This document shows, piece by piece, positions 23,456 through 34,827 of a DNA stretch of 64,000 bases; positions within the stretch are counted from its first letter, which is position 1, and every line of letters begins with the position of its first letter. Made by a program: the position numbers and the translations under genes. The DNA is from Cyanophora paradoxa CCMP329 (Eukaryota; Plantae; Glaucophyta), in NCBI GenBank assembly GCA_004431415.1, contig QPMI01000005.1, forward strand, positions 496,001 through 560,000, in the 5' to 3' direction. The notes beneath the pieces were generated by a model, which saw only the letters and a program-made list of their open reading frames with translations, searched no databases and was not told the DNA's origin.

Positions 23456-26400
23456 TCTCAAACCCAAAAACCGCCGAGCGAAATTCCTTTTTTAACCTTT
23501 TTTTCCACTCGAGATCTCCCCTGCCAGATAATTTCCGTGTCGCAGCTCCTCGACACAGAATTATTAATTCTGCCTCGACACGGACGCGATTGATGGACAT
23601 TACACAGCTGCCCGAACCCCCACAGACCTCTCTAGATCCATTTTTAGCGTCCTGGCTCCCCTAAGACGACCGCTCCCCCGTGGGCGTCGCGCGGAATCGA
23701 ATTTCCCTCTGGATCAATTCCGGTACTTGAGATCCGACAACTGCAGTCCGAGTCAGAAGGTGGGACCCGGTCCGCCCGGTCCCGCGACGAAATCGCGCCA
23801 GGGACGCCCCAGAACGCTAAAGAGTGACGCGCGAGGGCGAGCACATCGCCGCAAGCTCGATTTCGAGCGCCCTCGACGCTGCAGTGCCAAGAGTCGGCCG
23901 AAAATTTGATCCGGCCGGTCCCGCCCGGTCCCGCGACGCGCGCAATCGATGCGTACTGGCGCGCATAGACATAGCACGACCTGCGCACTCCAGATATCCG
24001 CTTTCCGGAGCCGGAACAGCGCAAGAAGGTGCCCGATAGCGAAAATTCGATCCTGGACAGCCCGGACATCTTTCCGCGCGCCCAGGCCGCGGCGCATGCG
24101 CGGAACAATAGCATATGCATTTCAGATGTAGAAGAAGCCTTCCACACGGTTTGCACATGCGCCCGGCCGCGAGGACCCAGCCGACCCCGAAAATTCGATC
24201 CTCTTCAGACCTGAACAACTTTCCGCGCGCCCTCGCGTCCTCACGCAGGCCGCATCGCTGGTATATTCATTTGAGATTTTATCAAAGCCTTCCACAAACT
24301 TCGAAGACGCGAAAGACCACGAGAACCCAACCGACGGCAAAAATTCGATCCTGCACGGACCCGGAGATCTTTCCGCGCGCCCACGCTGCGGCGCATGCGC
24401 GGAACAATAGCATAAGCATCTGAGATGTAGATGAAGCGTTCCGCACGCTTTACAGATGTGCCAGGCCGCGAGGACCCAGCCGACCCCGAACATTCGATCC
24501 TCGCTACTATATTCATTTGGGATTTTATCTAAGCCTTCCACAAGCTTCGAAGACGCGAAAGAACACGAGAACCGTGAACCCAGCCGGCGGCAAAAATTCG
24601 ATCCTGCGCGGCCCCATCCCTACAATAGTAATTTGAAATCTTCGTTAAGCTTTTCGAGACCTCCGACGACGCGACAGGGCGCGACAATCCAGCTGGCCCC
24701 GAAAATTCGATCCTTCACGGACACGCACGTCTTTCCGCGCGCCCTCGAGATCTGCACTGCCAGATAATTATTAATTAGATCTGCCCCAGATCGATCTTCG
24801 AGTATATAATTATAGTTATATCCCGTCTCAGCAGCCCGGCGCCCTTCCTCAGATTTGCCAAGATCCTGAATACAAAAAGATTTCGCGAACACATTGGCAA
24901 GATCTGTCAAGATCTTGAATTAAAAAAAGATCTCACCGATCTCGCGCCATTGACGATTCGATGACGGATTTAGTTGTGACTGACGAACTTCTGAGTCCAA
25001 CTTATGACAGTCTTCACGGCTAGCAGCAGCCCGGCGCCCTTCCTCAGATCTCGATCGAGACCTCCGAGGACGCGACAGGGCGCAAGAATCCAGGTGACCC
25101 GAAAATTCGATCCTTCACGGACCTGCACATCTTTCCGCGCGCCCTCGCATCCTCGCGCATGCGCATCGCTACAATATTCAGTTGAGATCTTTTTAAAGCT
25201 TTTCGCAAGCTTTGAAGACATGAAAGAGCACGAGAACCCAGCCGACGGCAAAAATTCGATCCTGCACAGGCCCGGACATCTTTCCGCGCGCCCACGCCGG
25301 GGCGCATGCGCGGAACAATAGCATAAGCATTTGAGATGTAGGTAAAGTCTTCCGCACGCTTTGCGTATGCGCCGGGCCGCGAGGACCCAGCCGACGCAAA
25401 AATTCGATCCTGAACGGGCCTGCACAGCTTTCCGCGCGCCCTCGCCTCCGGATCCGCAGCCCTGCACATTGATACTATATGCATTCGAGATTCTGTTTAA
25501 GTGATGCGCAAGCTCTGTGCATGCGCCTGGCCGCGAGAACCTCGCCCCTCCGGCCGCGGGCCTCCTTCCCAACAATATTATATAATTAATCTCCTCTCAA
25601 TCTGCTCCACCCTTTATTTCCTCAGCACATTAATATTCCTCTAGCCGGCCAGGGCTAGCTGGACTGGCCGTCAGCTAGCCAGCTTCCAGCCAGAAAGCTG
25701 TTCGCTGGCCAGTCGATGAGTGCCCTATAGGCCTACTGTGACAGCCGCGAGGGCGTCCGCGAGGCTTCGCCGTACTTAGTGCTCCGCAGGAGCACGGATC
25801 TTGTCTCAAACCCAAAAACCGCCGACCGAAATTCCTTTTTTAACCTTTTTTTCCACTCAAGATCCCCGTGCCAAATAATTTCCGTGTCACATTCCCTCGA
25901 GACAGAATTATTAATTCTGCCTCGACACAGACGCGATTGATGGACATTACACAGCTGCCCGAACCCCCACAGACCCCTCTAGATCCATTTTTAGCGTCCT
26001 GGCTCCCTAAGACGACCGCTCTCCGTGCACGTCGCGCGAATTTCGAATTTCCCTCTGGATCAATTCCGTTACTTAACCTCCGACAAATGCAGTCCGAGCC
26101 AGAAGGTGGGACCCGGTCCCGCCCGGTCCCGCGACGAAATCGCGCCAGGGACGCCCCAGAACGATACAGAATAACGCGCGAGGGCGAGCGCATCGCCGCA
26201 AGCTCGATTTCGGGCGCCCTCGACGCTGCAGTCCGAACAGTACGCCGAAATTTGATCCTCCCGGTTCCGGCCGGTCCCGCGACGCGCGCAATCGATGCGT
26301 ACTGGCGCGTATAGACATAGCACGGCCTGCGCACCCCGAAATCCGCTTTTCGGAGCCGGAACAGCGCAGGAAGGTACCGACGGCAAAAATTCGATCCACA

Positions 26401-29400
26401 CGGCCCCGGACATCTTTCCGCGCGCCCACGCCGCGGCGCACGCGCGGAACGATAGCATAAGCATTTAAGATGTAGAAGAAGACTTCCGCACAGTTTACGG
26501 ATGTGCCGGGCCGCGAGGACCCAGCCGACCCCGAAAATTCGATCCTGGACGGACCTGCACGTCTTTCCGCGCGCCCTCGCAGAAGCGCGGCCCCGCAGGC
26601 ATGTACCAGCACTTGAGAATCTCCGGCACGTCTTGACCGCCCTCCGCATCGCGCCTGTATCGCATAGCTCTTGGTCGCACTCCCTCGAGCCAGAATTATT
26701 AATTCTGCCTCGACACGGACGCGATTGCTGCTGGTAACACACCCACCCGAACCCCCACAAACCTCTCTACATCCATTTTTAGCGTCGTGGCACCCTAAGA
26801 CGACCGCTCTCCCGTAGGCGTCCCGCGAAAATCGAATTTCCCTCTGAATCAATTCCGGTACTTAACCTCCGACAAATGCAGTCCAAGTCAGAACGTGGAA
26901 CCCGGTCCCGCCCGGTCCCGCGACGAAATCGCGCCAGGGACGCCCCAGAACGATACAGAATGCCGCGCGAGGGCGAGCGCATCGCCGCAAGCTCGATTTC
27001 GGGCGCCCTCGACACTCCAGTGCGAAGACTCCGCCGAAATTTTGATCCAGCCGGTCCGGCCCGGTCCGCGACGCGCGCAATCGATGCGCACTGGCGCGCA
27101 TAGACATAGCAGGGCCTGCGCACCCCGAAATCCGCTTTTCGGATGCCGAACAGCGCAGGAAGGTACCGACGGCAAAAATTCGATCCTGCACAGCCCCGGA
27201 CATCTTTCCGCGCGCCCACGCGCGGCGCATGCGCGGAACAATAGCATACGCATTTGAGATGTAGACAAAGCATTCCGCACGCTTTGCCGATGCGCCGGGC
27301 CGCGGGGACCCAGCCGACCCCGAAAATTCGATCCTTCACGGACCTGCACAGCTTTCCGCGCGCCCTCGCATCCTCATGCATGGGCATCGCTACAATATTC
27401 ATTTGAGAGCTTTTCAAAGCGTAGCGCAAGCTCCAAGGGCGCGACAGGGCGCGAGAACCCAGCCGACCCCGAAAATTCGATCCTGCATGGACCTGCAGGT
27501 TTTTCCTCGCGCCCTCGCCTCCGCAACCCTGCACATTGATACTATATGCATTCGAGTTTCTTTTTAAGCGATTCGCAAGCTCTGTGCATGCGCCTGGCTG
27601 CGATCGCGAGAACCTCGCCCCTCCCGGGCCTCACTAAATTCCTTTTTTAACCTTTTTTTCCACTCGAGATCCCCCCCGCTAAATAATTTCCGCGTCGCAC
27701 TCCCTCGAGGACGAATTATTAATTCTGCCTCGACACGGACGCGATTGCCGCTAATGACTCAGCTACCCTAACCCCCACAGACCTCTCTAGATCCATTTTT
27801 AGCGTCGTGGCTCCCCTAAGACGACCGCTCGCCCGTGGGCGTCGCGCGAAAATCGAATTTCCCTCTGGATCAATTCCGGTACTTAACCTCCGACAAATGC
27901 AGTCCGAGTCAGAAGGTGGGACCCGGTCCCGCCCGGTCCCGCGACGAAATCGCGCCAGGGACGCCCCAGAACGATACAGAATGCCGCGCGAGGGCGAGCG
28001 CATCGCCGCAAGCTCGATTTCAAGCGCCGTCGACGCTCCAGTGCGAAGAGTCGGCCGAAAATTTGATCCAGCGCTAGCCGGTCCCGCCCGGTCCCGCGAC
28101 GCGCGCAATCGATGCGTACTGGCGCGCATGGACATAGCAGGGCCTGCGCACCCCCGAAATCCGCTTTTCGGAGCCGGAACAGCGCAGGAAGGTACCCGAC
28201 GGCCAAAATTCGATCCTGCACGCGCCCTGACATCTTTCCGCGCGCCCACGCCGCGGCGCATGCGCGGAACGATAGCATAAGCATTTAAGATGTAGGCAAA
28301 GTCTTCCGCACGCTTTGCGTATGCGACGGGCCGCGAGGACCCAGCCGACCCCGAAAATTCGATCCTGCATGGACCTGCACATCTTTCCGCGCGCCCTCGC
28401 CTCGAGCTCCGCAGCCCGCACATCGATGCTATAGCTATATGCATTCAAGATTCTGTTTAAGCGATTCGCAAGCTCTGTGCATGCGCCTGGCCGCGAGAAC
28501 CTTGCCCCTCCCGGCCTCCCTCTCAACAATATTATATATAATTCATCTCCTCTAATCTCAACCTGCTCCGGCCTCCCTTTATTTCCTCAGTACATTAATA
28601 TTCCTCTAGTTATATTCCTCTAGCCGGCCAGCGGTAGCTGGACTGGCCGTCAGCCGGCCAGCTTCCAACCAGAAAGCTGTTCGCGATCGGCCAGGCCGCT
28701 GGCCAGTGCCCTATAGGCCTACTGTGACAGCCGCGAGGGCGTCCGCGAGGCTTCGCCGTACTTAGTGCTCCGCAGGAGCACGGATCTTGTCTCAAACCCA
28801 AAAACCGCCGACCGAAATTCCTTTTTTAACCTTTTTTCCACTCGAGATCCCCCCTGCTAAATAATTTCCGTGTCACACTCCCTCGAAGCAGAATTATTAA
28901 TTCTGCCTCGACACGGACGCGATTGATGGACATTACACAGCTGCCCGAACCCCCACAGACCCCTCTAGATCCATTTTTAGCGTCCTAGCTCCCCTAAGAC
29001 GACCGCTCGCCCGTGGGCATCGCACGACATCGAATTTCCCTCTGGATCAATTCCGGTACTTAACCGCCGACAAATGCAGTCCGAGTCAGAAGGTGGGACC
29101 CGGTCCCGCCCGGTCCCGCGACGAAATCGCGCCAGGGACGCCCCAGAACGATACAGAATGACGCGCGAGGGCGAGCGCATCGCCGCAAACTCGGTTTCGG
29201 GCGCCCTCGACGCTCCAGTGCAAACAGTCGGCCGAAATTTTGATCCGGCCGGTTCCGTCCGGTCCCGCGACGCGCGCAATCGATGCGTACTGGCGCGCAT
29301 AGACATAGCAGGGCCTGCGCACGCCCGAAATCCGCTTTTCGGAGCCGGAACAGCGCAGGAAGGTACCCGACGGCAAAAATTCGATCCTGCACAGACCCGG

Positions 29401-32400
29401 GCAACTTTCCGCGCGCCCGCTCCGCGGCGCATGCGCGGAACAATAGCATAAGCATCTGAGATGTAGACAAAGCGTTCCCCACGCTTTGCAGATGCGCCGG
29501 GCCGCGAGGACCCAGCCGACCCCGAAAATTCGATCCTTCACGGACCTGCACGTCTTTCCGCGCGCCCTCGCATCCTCACGCGAGCCCATCGCTACTATAT
29601 TCATTTGGGATTTTATCTAAGCCTTCCACAAGCTTCGAAGACGCGAAAGAGCACGAGAACCCAGCCGGCGGCAAAAATTCGATCCTGCACGGGCCCGGAC
29701 ATCTTTCCGCGCGCCCACGCCGCGGTGCATGCGCGGAACAATAGCATAAGCATTTGAGATGTAGAAGAAGCTTTCCAAGCCGGGCCACCTGGGCGGGGCT
29801 GGAGCTGGCCGCCTACTCTCCGGGCGCTCAACAGTGCCGGCCCCTCTGCTGTGACAGACGTGAGGGCGTCCGCGAGGCTTCGCCGTACTTAGTGCTCCGC
29901 AGGAGCACGGATCTTGTCTCAAACCCAAAAACCGACGATCTAAATTCCTTTTTTAACCTTTTTTTCCACTCGAGATCCCCCCTGCTAAATAATTTCCGTG
30001 TCGCACTCCCTCGAGGCAGAATTATTAATTTTGCCTCGACACAGACGCGATTGCTGCTAGTCACACAGCCACCCGAACCCCCACAGACCTCTCTAGAGCC
30101 AATTTTAGCGTCCTGGCTCCCTAAGACGACCGCTCTCCCGTGGGCGTCGCGCGAATATCGAATATTCCTCTGGATCAATTCCGGTTCTTAACCTCCGACA
30201 AATCCAGTCCGAGTCAGAAGGTGGGACCCGGTCCCGCCCGGTCCCGCGACAAAATCGCGCCAGGAACGCCCCAGAACGATACAGAATGACGCGCGAGGGC
30301 GAGCGCATCGCCGCAAACCCGATTTCGCGCGCCGTCGACGCTCCAGTGCGAAGAGTCGGCCGAAAATTTGATCCGGCCGGTTCCGGCCGGTCCCGCGACG
30401 CGCGCAATCGATGCGTACGGGCGCGCATAGACATAGCAGCGCCTGCGCACCCCGAAATCCGCTTTTCGGAGCCGGAAGAGCGCAGGAAGGTACCCGACGG
30501 CAAAAATTCGATCCTAGACAGGCCCGGAGATCTTTCCGCGCGCCCGCGCCGCGGCGCATGCGCGGAACGATAGCATAAGCATTTGAGATGTAGAAGAAGC
30601 CTTCCGCACGGTCTCTAAATGCGCCGGGCCGCGAGGACCCAGCCGACCCCGGAAATTCGATCCTGGACGGACCTGCACAACTTTCCGCGCGCCCTCGCAT
30701 CCTCACGCGAGCGCATCGCTACAATTTTCAGTTGACTCCTTTTTAAAGCTTTTCGCAAGCTCTGCAGGCGCGACAGGGCACGAGAACCCAGCCGACGCAA
30801 AAATTCGATCCTGGACATACCCGACGGCAAGAATTCGATCCTAGACAGGCCCGGAGATCTTTCCGCGCGCCCACGCCGCGGCGCATGCGCGGAACGATAG
30901 CATATGCATTTTAGATGTAGAAGAAGACTTCCGCACGGTCTCTAAATGCACCAGGCCGCGAGGACCCAGCCGACCCCGAAAATTCGATCCTGTACGGACC
31001 TGAACATCTTTCCGCACGCCCTCGCATTCTCGCGCATGCGCATCGCTACAATATTCATTTGAGATTTTATCAAAGCCTTCCACAAGCTTCGAAGACGCGA
31101 AAGAGCACGAGAACCAGCCGACGGCAAAAATTCGATCCTGCACGGACCCGGACATCTTTCCGCGCGCCCACGCCGCGGCGCATGCGCGGAACAATAGCAT
31201 AAGCATTTGAGATGTAGGCAAAGACTTCCGCACGCTTTGCGTATGCGCCGAGCCGCGAGGACCCAGCCGACCCCGAAAATTCGATCCTGTACGTATACGG
31301 ACCTGCACAGCTTTCCGCGCGCCCTCGCATCCTCGCGCGTGCGCATCGCTACAATAGTAATTTGAGATCTTTGTTAAGCTTTTCGCGAGCTCCGAGGACG
31401 CGACAGGGCGCGAGAATCCAGCCGACCCCGAAAATTCGATCCTGCATGGACCTGCACGTCTTTCCGCGCGCCCTCGCCTCCGCAGCCCCGCACATCGATG
31501 CTATATACATTCGATCGCGAGATTCTGTTTAAGCGATTCGCAAGCTCTGTGCATGCGCCTGGCCGCGAGAACCTCGCCCTCCCGGGCCTCCTTCCCAACA
31601 ATATTATAATTAATCTCTTCTCAATCTGCTCCACCCTTTAGTTCCTCAGTAAATTAATATTCCTCTAGCCGGCCAGCGCTAGCTGGACTGGCCGTCAGCC
31701 AGCCAGCTTCCAGCCAGCTGCAGAAAGCTGTTCGCGATCGGCCAGGCCGCTGGCCAGTCGCTGAGTGCCCTATATATATAGGCCTACTGTAACAGCGGCG
31801 AGGGCGTCCGCGAGGCTTCGCCGTACTTAGTGCTCCGCAGGAGCACGGATCTTGTCTCAAACCCAAAAACCGACGATCTAAATTCCTTTTTTAACCTTTT
31901 TTTCCACTCGAGATCCCCCCTGCTAAATAATTTCCGTGTCGCACTCCCTCGAGGCAGAATTATTAATTTTGCCTCGACACAGACGCGATTGCTGCTAGTC
32001 ACACAGCCACCCGAACCCCCACAGACCTCTCTAGAGCCAATTTTAGCGTCCTGGCTCCCCTAAGACGACCGCTCTCCCGTGGGCGTCGCGCGAATATCGA
32101 ATATTCCTCTGGATCAATTCCGGTTCTTAACCTCCGACAAATCCAGTCCGAGTCAGAAGGTGGGACCCGGTCCCGCCCGGTCCCGCGACAAAATCGCGCC
32201 AGGAACGCCCCAGAACGATACAGAATGACGCGCGAGGGCGAGCGCATCGCCGCAAACCCGATTTCGCGCGCCGTCGACGCTCCAGTGCGAAGAGTCGGCC
32301 GAAAATTTGATCCGGCCGGTTCCGGCCGGTCCCGCGACGCGCGCAATCGATGCGTACGGGCGCGCATAGACATAGCAGCGCCTGCGCACCCCCGAAATCC

Positions 32401-34827
32401 GCTTTTCGGAGCCGGAAGAGCGCAGGAAGGTACCCGACGGCAAAAATTCGATCCTAGACAGGCCCGGAGATCTTTCCGCGCGCCCGCGCCGCGGCGCATG
32501 CGCGGAACGATAGCATAAGCATTTGAGATGTAGAAGAAGCCTTCCGCACGGTCTCTAAATGCGCCGGGCCGCGAGGACCCAGCCGACCCCGGAAATTCGA
32601 TCCTGGACGGACCTGCACAACTTTCCGCGCGCCCTCGCATCCTCACGCGAGCGCATCGCTACAATTTTCAGTTGACTCCTTTTTAAAGCTTTTCGCAAGC
32701 TCTGCAGGCGCGACAGGGCACGAGAACCCAGCCGACGCAAAAATTCGATCCTGGACATACCCGACGGCAAGAATTCGATCCTAGACAGGCCCGGAGATCT
32801 TTCCGCGCGCCCACGCCGCGGCGCATGCGCGGAACGATAGCATATGCATTTTAGATGTAGAAGAAGACTTCCGCACGGTCTCTAAATGCACCAGGCCGCG
32901 AGGACCCAGCCGACCCCGAAAATTCGATCCTGTACGGACCTGAACATCTTTCCGCACGCCCTCGCATTCTCGCGCATGCGCATCGCTACAATATTCATTT
33001 GAGATTTTATCAAAGCCTTCCACAAGCTTCGAAGACGCGAAAGAGCACGAGAACCCAGCCGACGGCAAAAATTCGATCCTGCACGGACCCGGACATCTTT
33101 CCGCGCGCCCACGCCGCGGCGCATGCGCGGAACAATAGCATAAGCATTTGAGATGTAGGCAAAGACTTCCGCACGCTTTGCGTATGCGCCGAGCCGCGAG
33201 GACCCAGCCGACCCCGAAAATTCGATCCTGTACGTATACGGACCTGCACAGCTTTCCGCGCGCCCTCGCATCCTCGCGCGTGCGCATCGCTACAATAGTA
33301 ATTTGAGATCTTTGTTAAGCTTTTCGCGAGCTCCGAGGACGCGACAGGGCGCGAGAATCCAGCCGACCCCGAAAATTCGATCCTGCATGGACCTGCACGT
33401 CTTTCCGCGCGCCCTCGCCTCCGCAGCCCCGCACATCGATGCTATATACATTCGATCGCGAGATTCTGTTTAAGCGATTCGCAAGCTCTGTGCATGCGCC
33501 TGGCCGCGAGAACCTCGCCCCTCCCGGGCCTCCTTCCCAACAATATTATAATTAATCTCTTCTCAATCTGCTCCACCCTTTAGTTCCTCAGTAAATTAAT
33601 ATTCCTCTAGCCGGCCAGCGCTAGCTGGACTGGCCGTCAGCCAGCCAGCTTCCAGCCAGCTGCAGAAAGCTGTTCGCGATCGGCCAGGCCGCTGGCCAGT
33701 CGCTGAGTGCCCTATATATATAGGCCTACTGTAACAGCGGCGAGGGCGTCCGCGAGGCTTCGCCGTACTTAGTGCTCCGCAGGAGCACGGATCTTGTAAA
33801 AGTTCTCAATTAAACACTGGGATTAATGGAAAACCGCGACTGTTCGTTCGAACTCCGCATCGTAAGCGTGTCTTTTTGTGACTCTGTTCTAGCTAGCGCA
33901 CCTGTACCCGAACTGAGTTATTCATTATCGATTTTAGCAAAGACAAGTTTTGAAAAAAAGTAAAATTGTTCGCTGATCTGCTCGAAATATATATGAAAAT
34001 TCGTTGGCAGTTATTGAAATGTTAATAGCGGTTATTCTCGCTTTAAATCGCAGTTAAAGTATGTTAAAATGTACTGCCCCTGTACCCGCACGCAGTGCTG
34101 GGATCCGCGGCCGGAGGCCCGGAGCCGGCGGAGCAGCGGAGCTCTCATGACTCATGAGTCATGAGTCATGATCACTGAGTCAGCGTGGCGCGCGCAACCC
34201 GGGTACCGTAGTACGGTAGCGCTCACCGCCGCGCGTTCAGCCTGGCAGCGGCTACCAGCCTGGGCCAGCCGCCTGCCGCAGGCCCGCAGTCACAGACTCA
34301 CGGCGCAGCGCAGGCCCGGCCGCGCCCTGGGCCCTGGCCCCTGAGGCTAGTACGACTCTGTGCGAGTACGCATACGTACGGACGAGGCCGCTGGCCGGAT
34401 ATCGATCGATCGGATTCTGAACCCGCCGGGCCGGGATCTCGGAGGGCTGGAGGCCGGAGGCTCTGGACCCCGGGAGCAGCAGCTGTACATGTTATCCGGA
34501 TTCCCGCCGCAGCCGCGGATTCCGGGAAGTACTCTCTGATCGCCGAGTCGCTTGCAATTGCGTCCAACGGCTGCCACAGCCTACGCCCACGGTGCGCGAC
34601 GGCTAGCGCGACGGAAGTTTTCCGAGTCAACTTACGTATTCGTATATATGTAGGCACGCACGTACACGAGCGTCGCCTCACAGGGGACGCGAGCGCGAGT
34701 CTCGGAGGTGCGCTTTTCCCGCGCGTTCCTTCTCTCTTCAAGGCTTCCCTGGCCCGGACTATAGCTAGCCGCCGCCTCCGGGCCGCCTCATATGCATGCT
34801 CGCAGGCCTAGGCGACAGGTACAGCAC

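Larger units (their letters stand above)
19769..33796 (+). mobile_element. Head-to-tail array of ~9 full or truncated copies of a non-autonomous Helitron-like element
   Basis: Starts 5'-TC after A19768. Ends with hairpin GTGCTCC-GCA-GGAGCAC then GGATCTTG before T33797, with no TSD. Asymmetric inverted repeat GGCGAAGCCTC (19772) / GAGGCTTCGCC (33754). CTTG|TCTCAAACCC junctions at 21755, 22935, 25803, 28789, 29916 and 31854. No Rep/Hel ORF. Confidence 0.8.

Noticed and set aside
19817-33796. ORFs in the array as RepHel, transposase or Fanzor/TnpB
   Set aside because: No HUH, helicase, DDE or RuvC motifs recognised, and frames are not conserved between copies.
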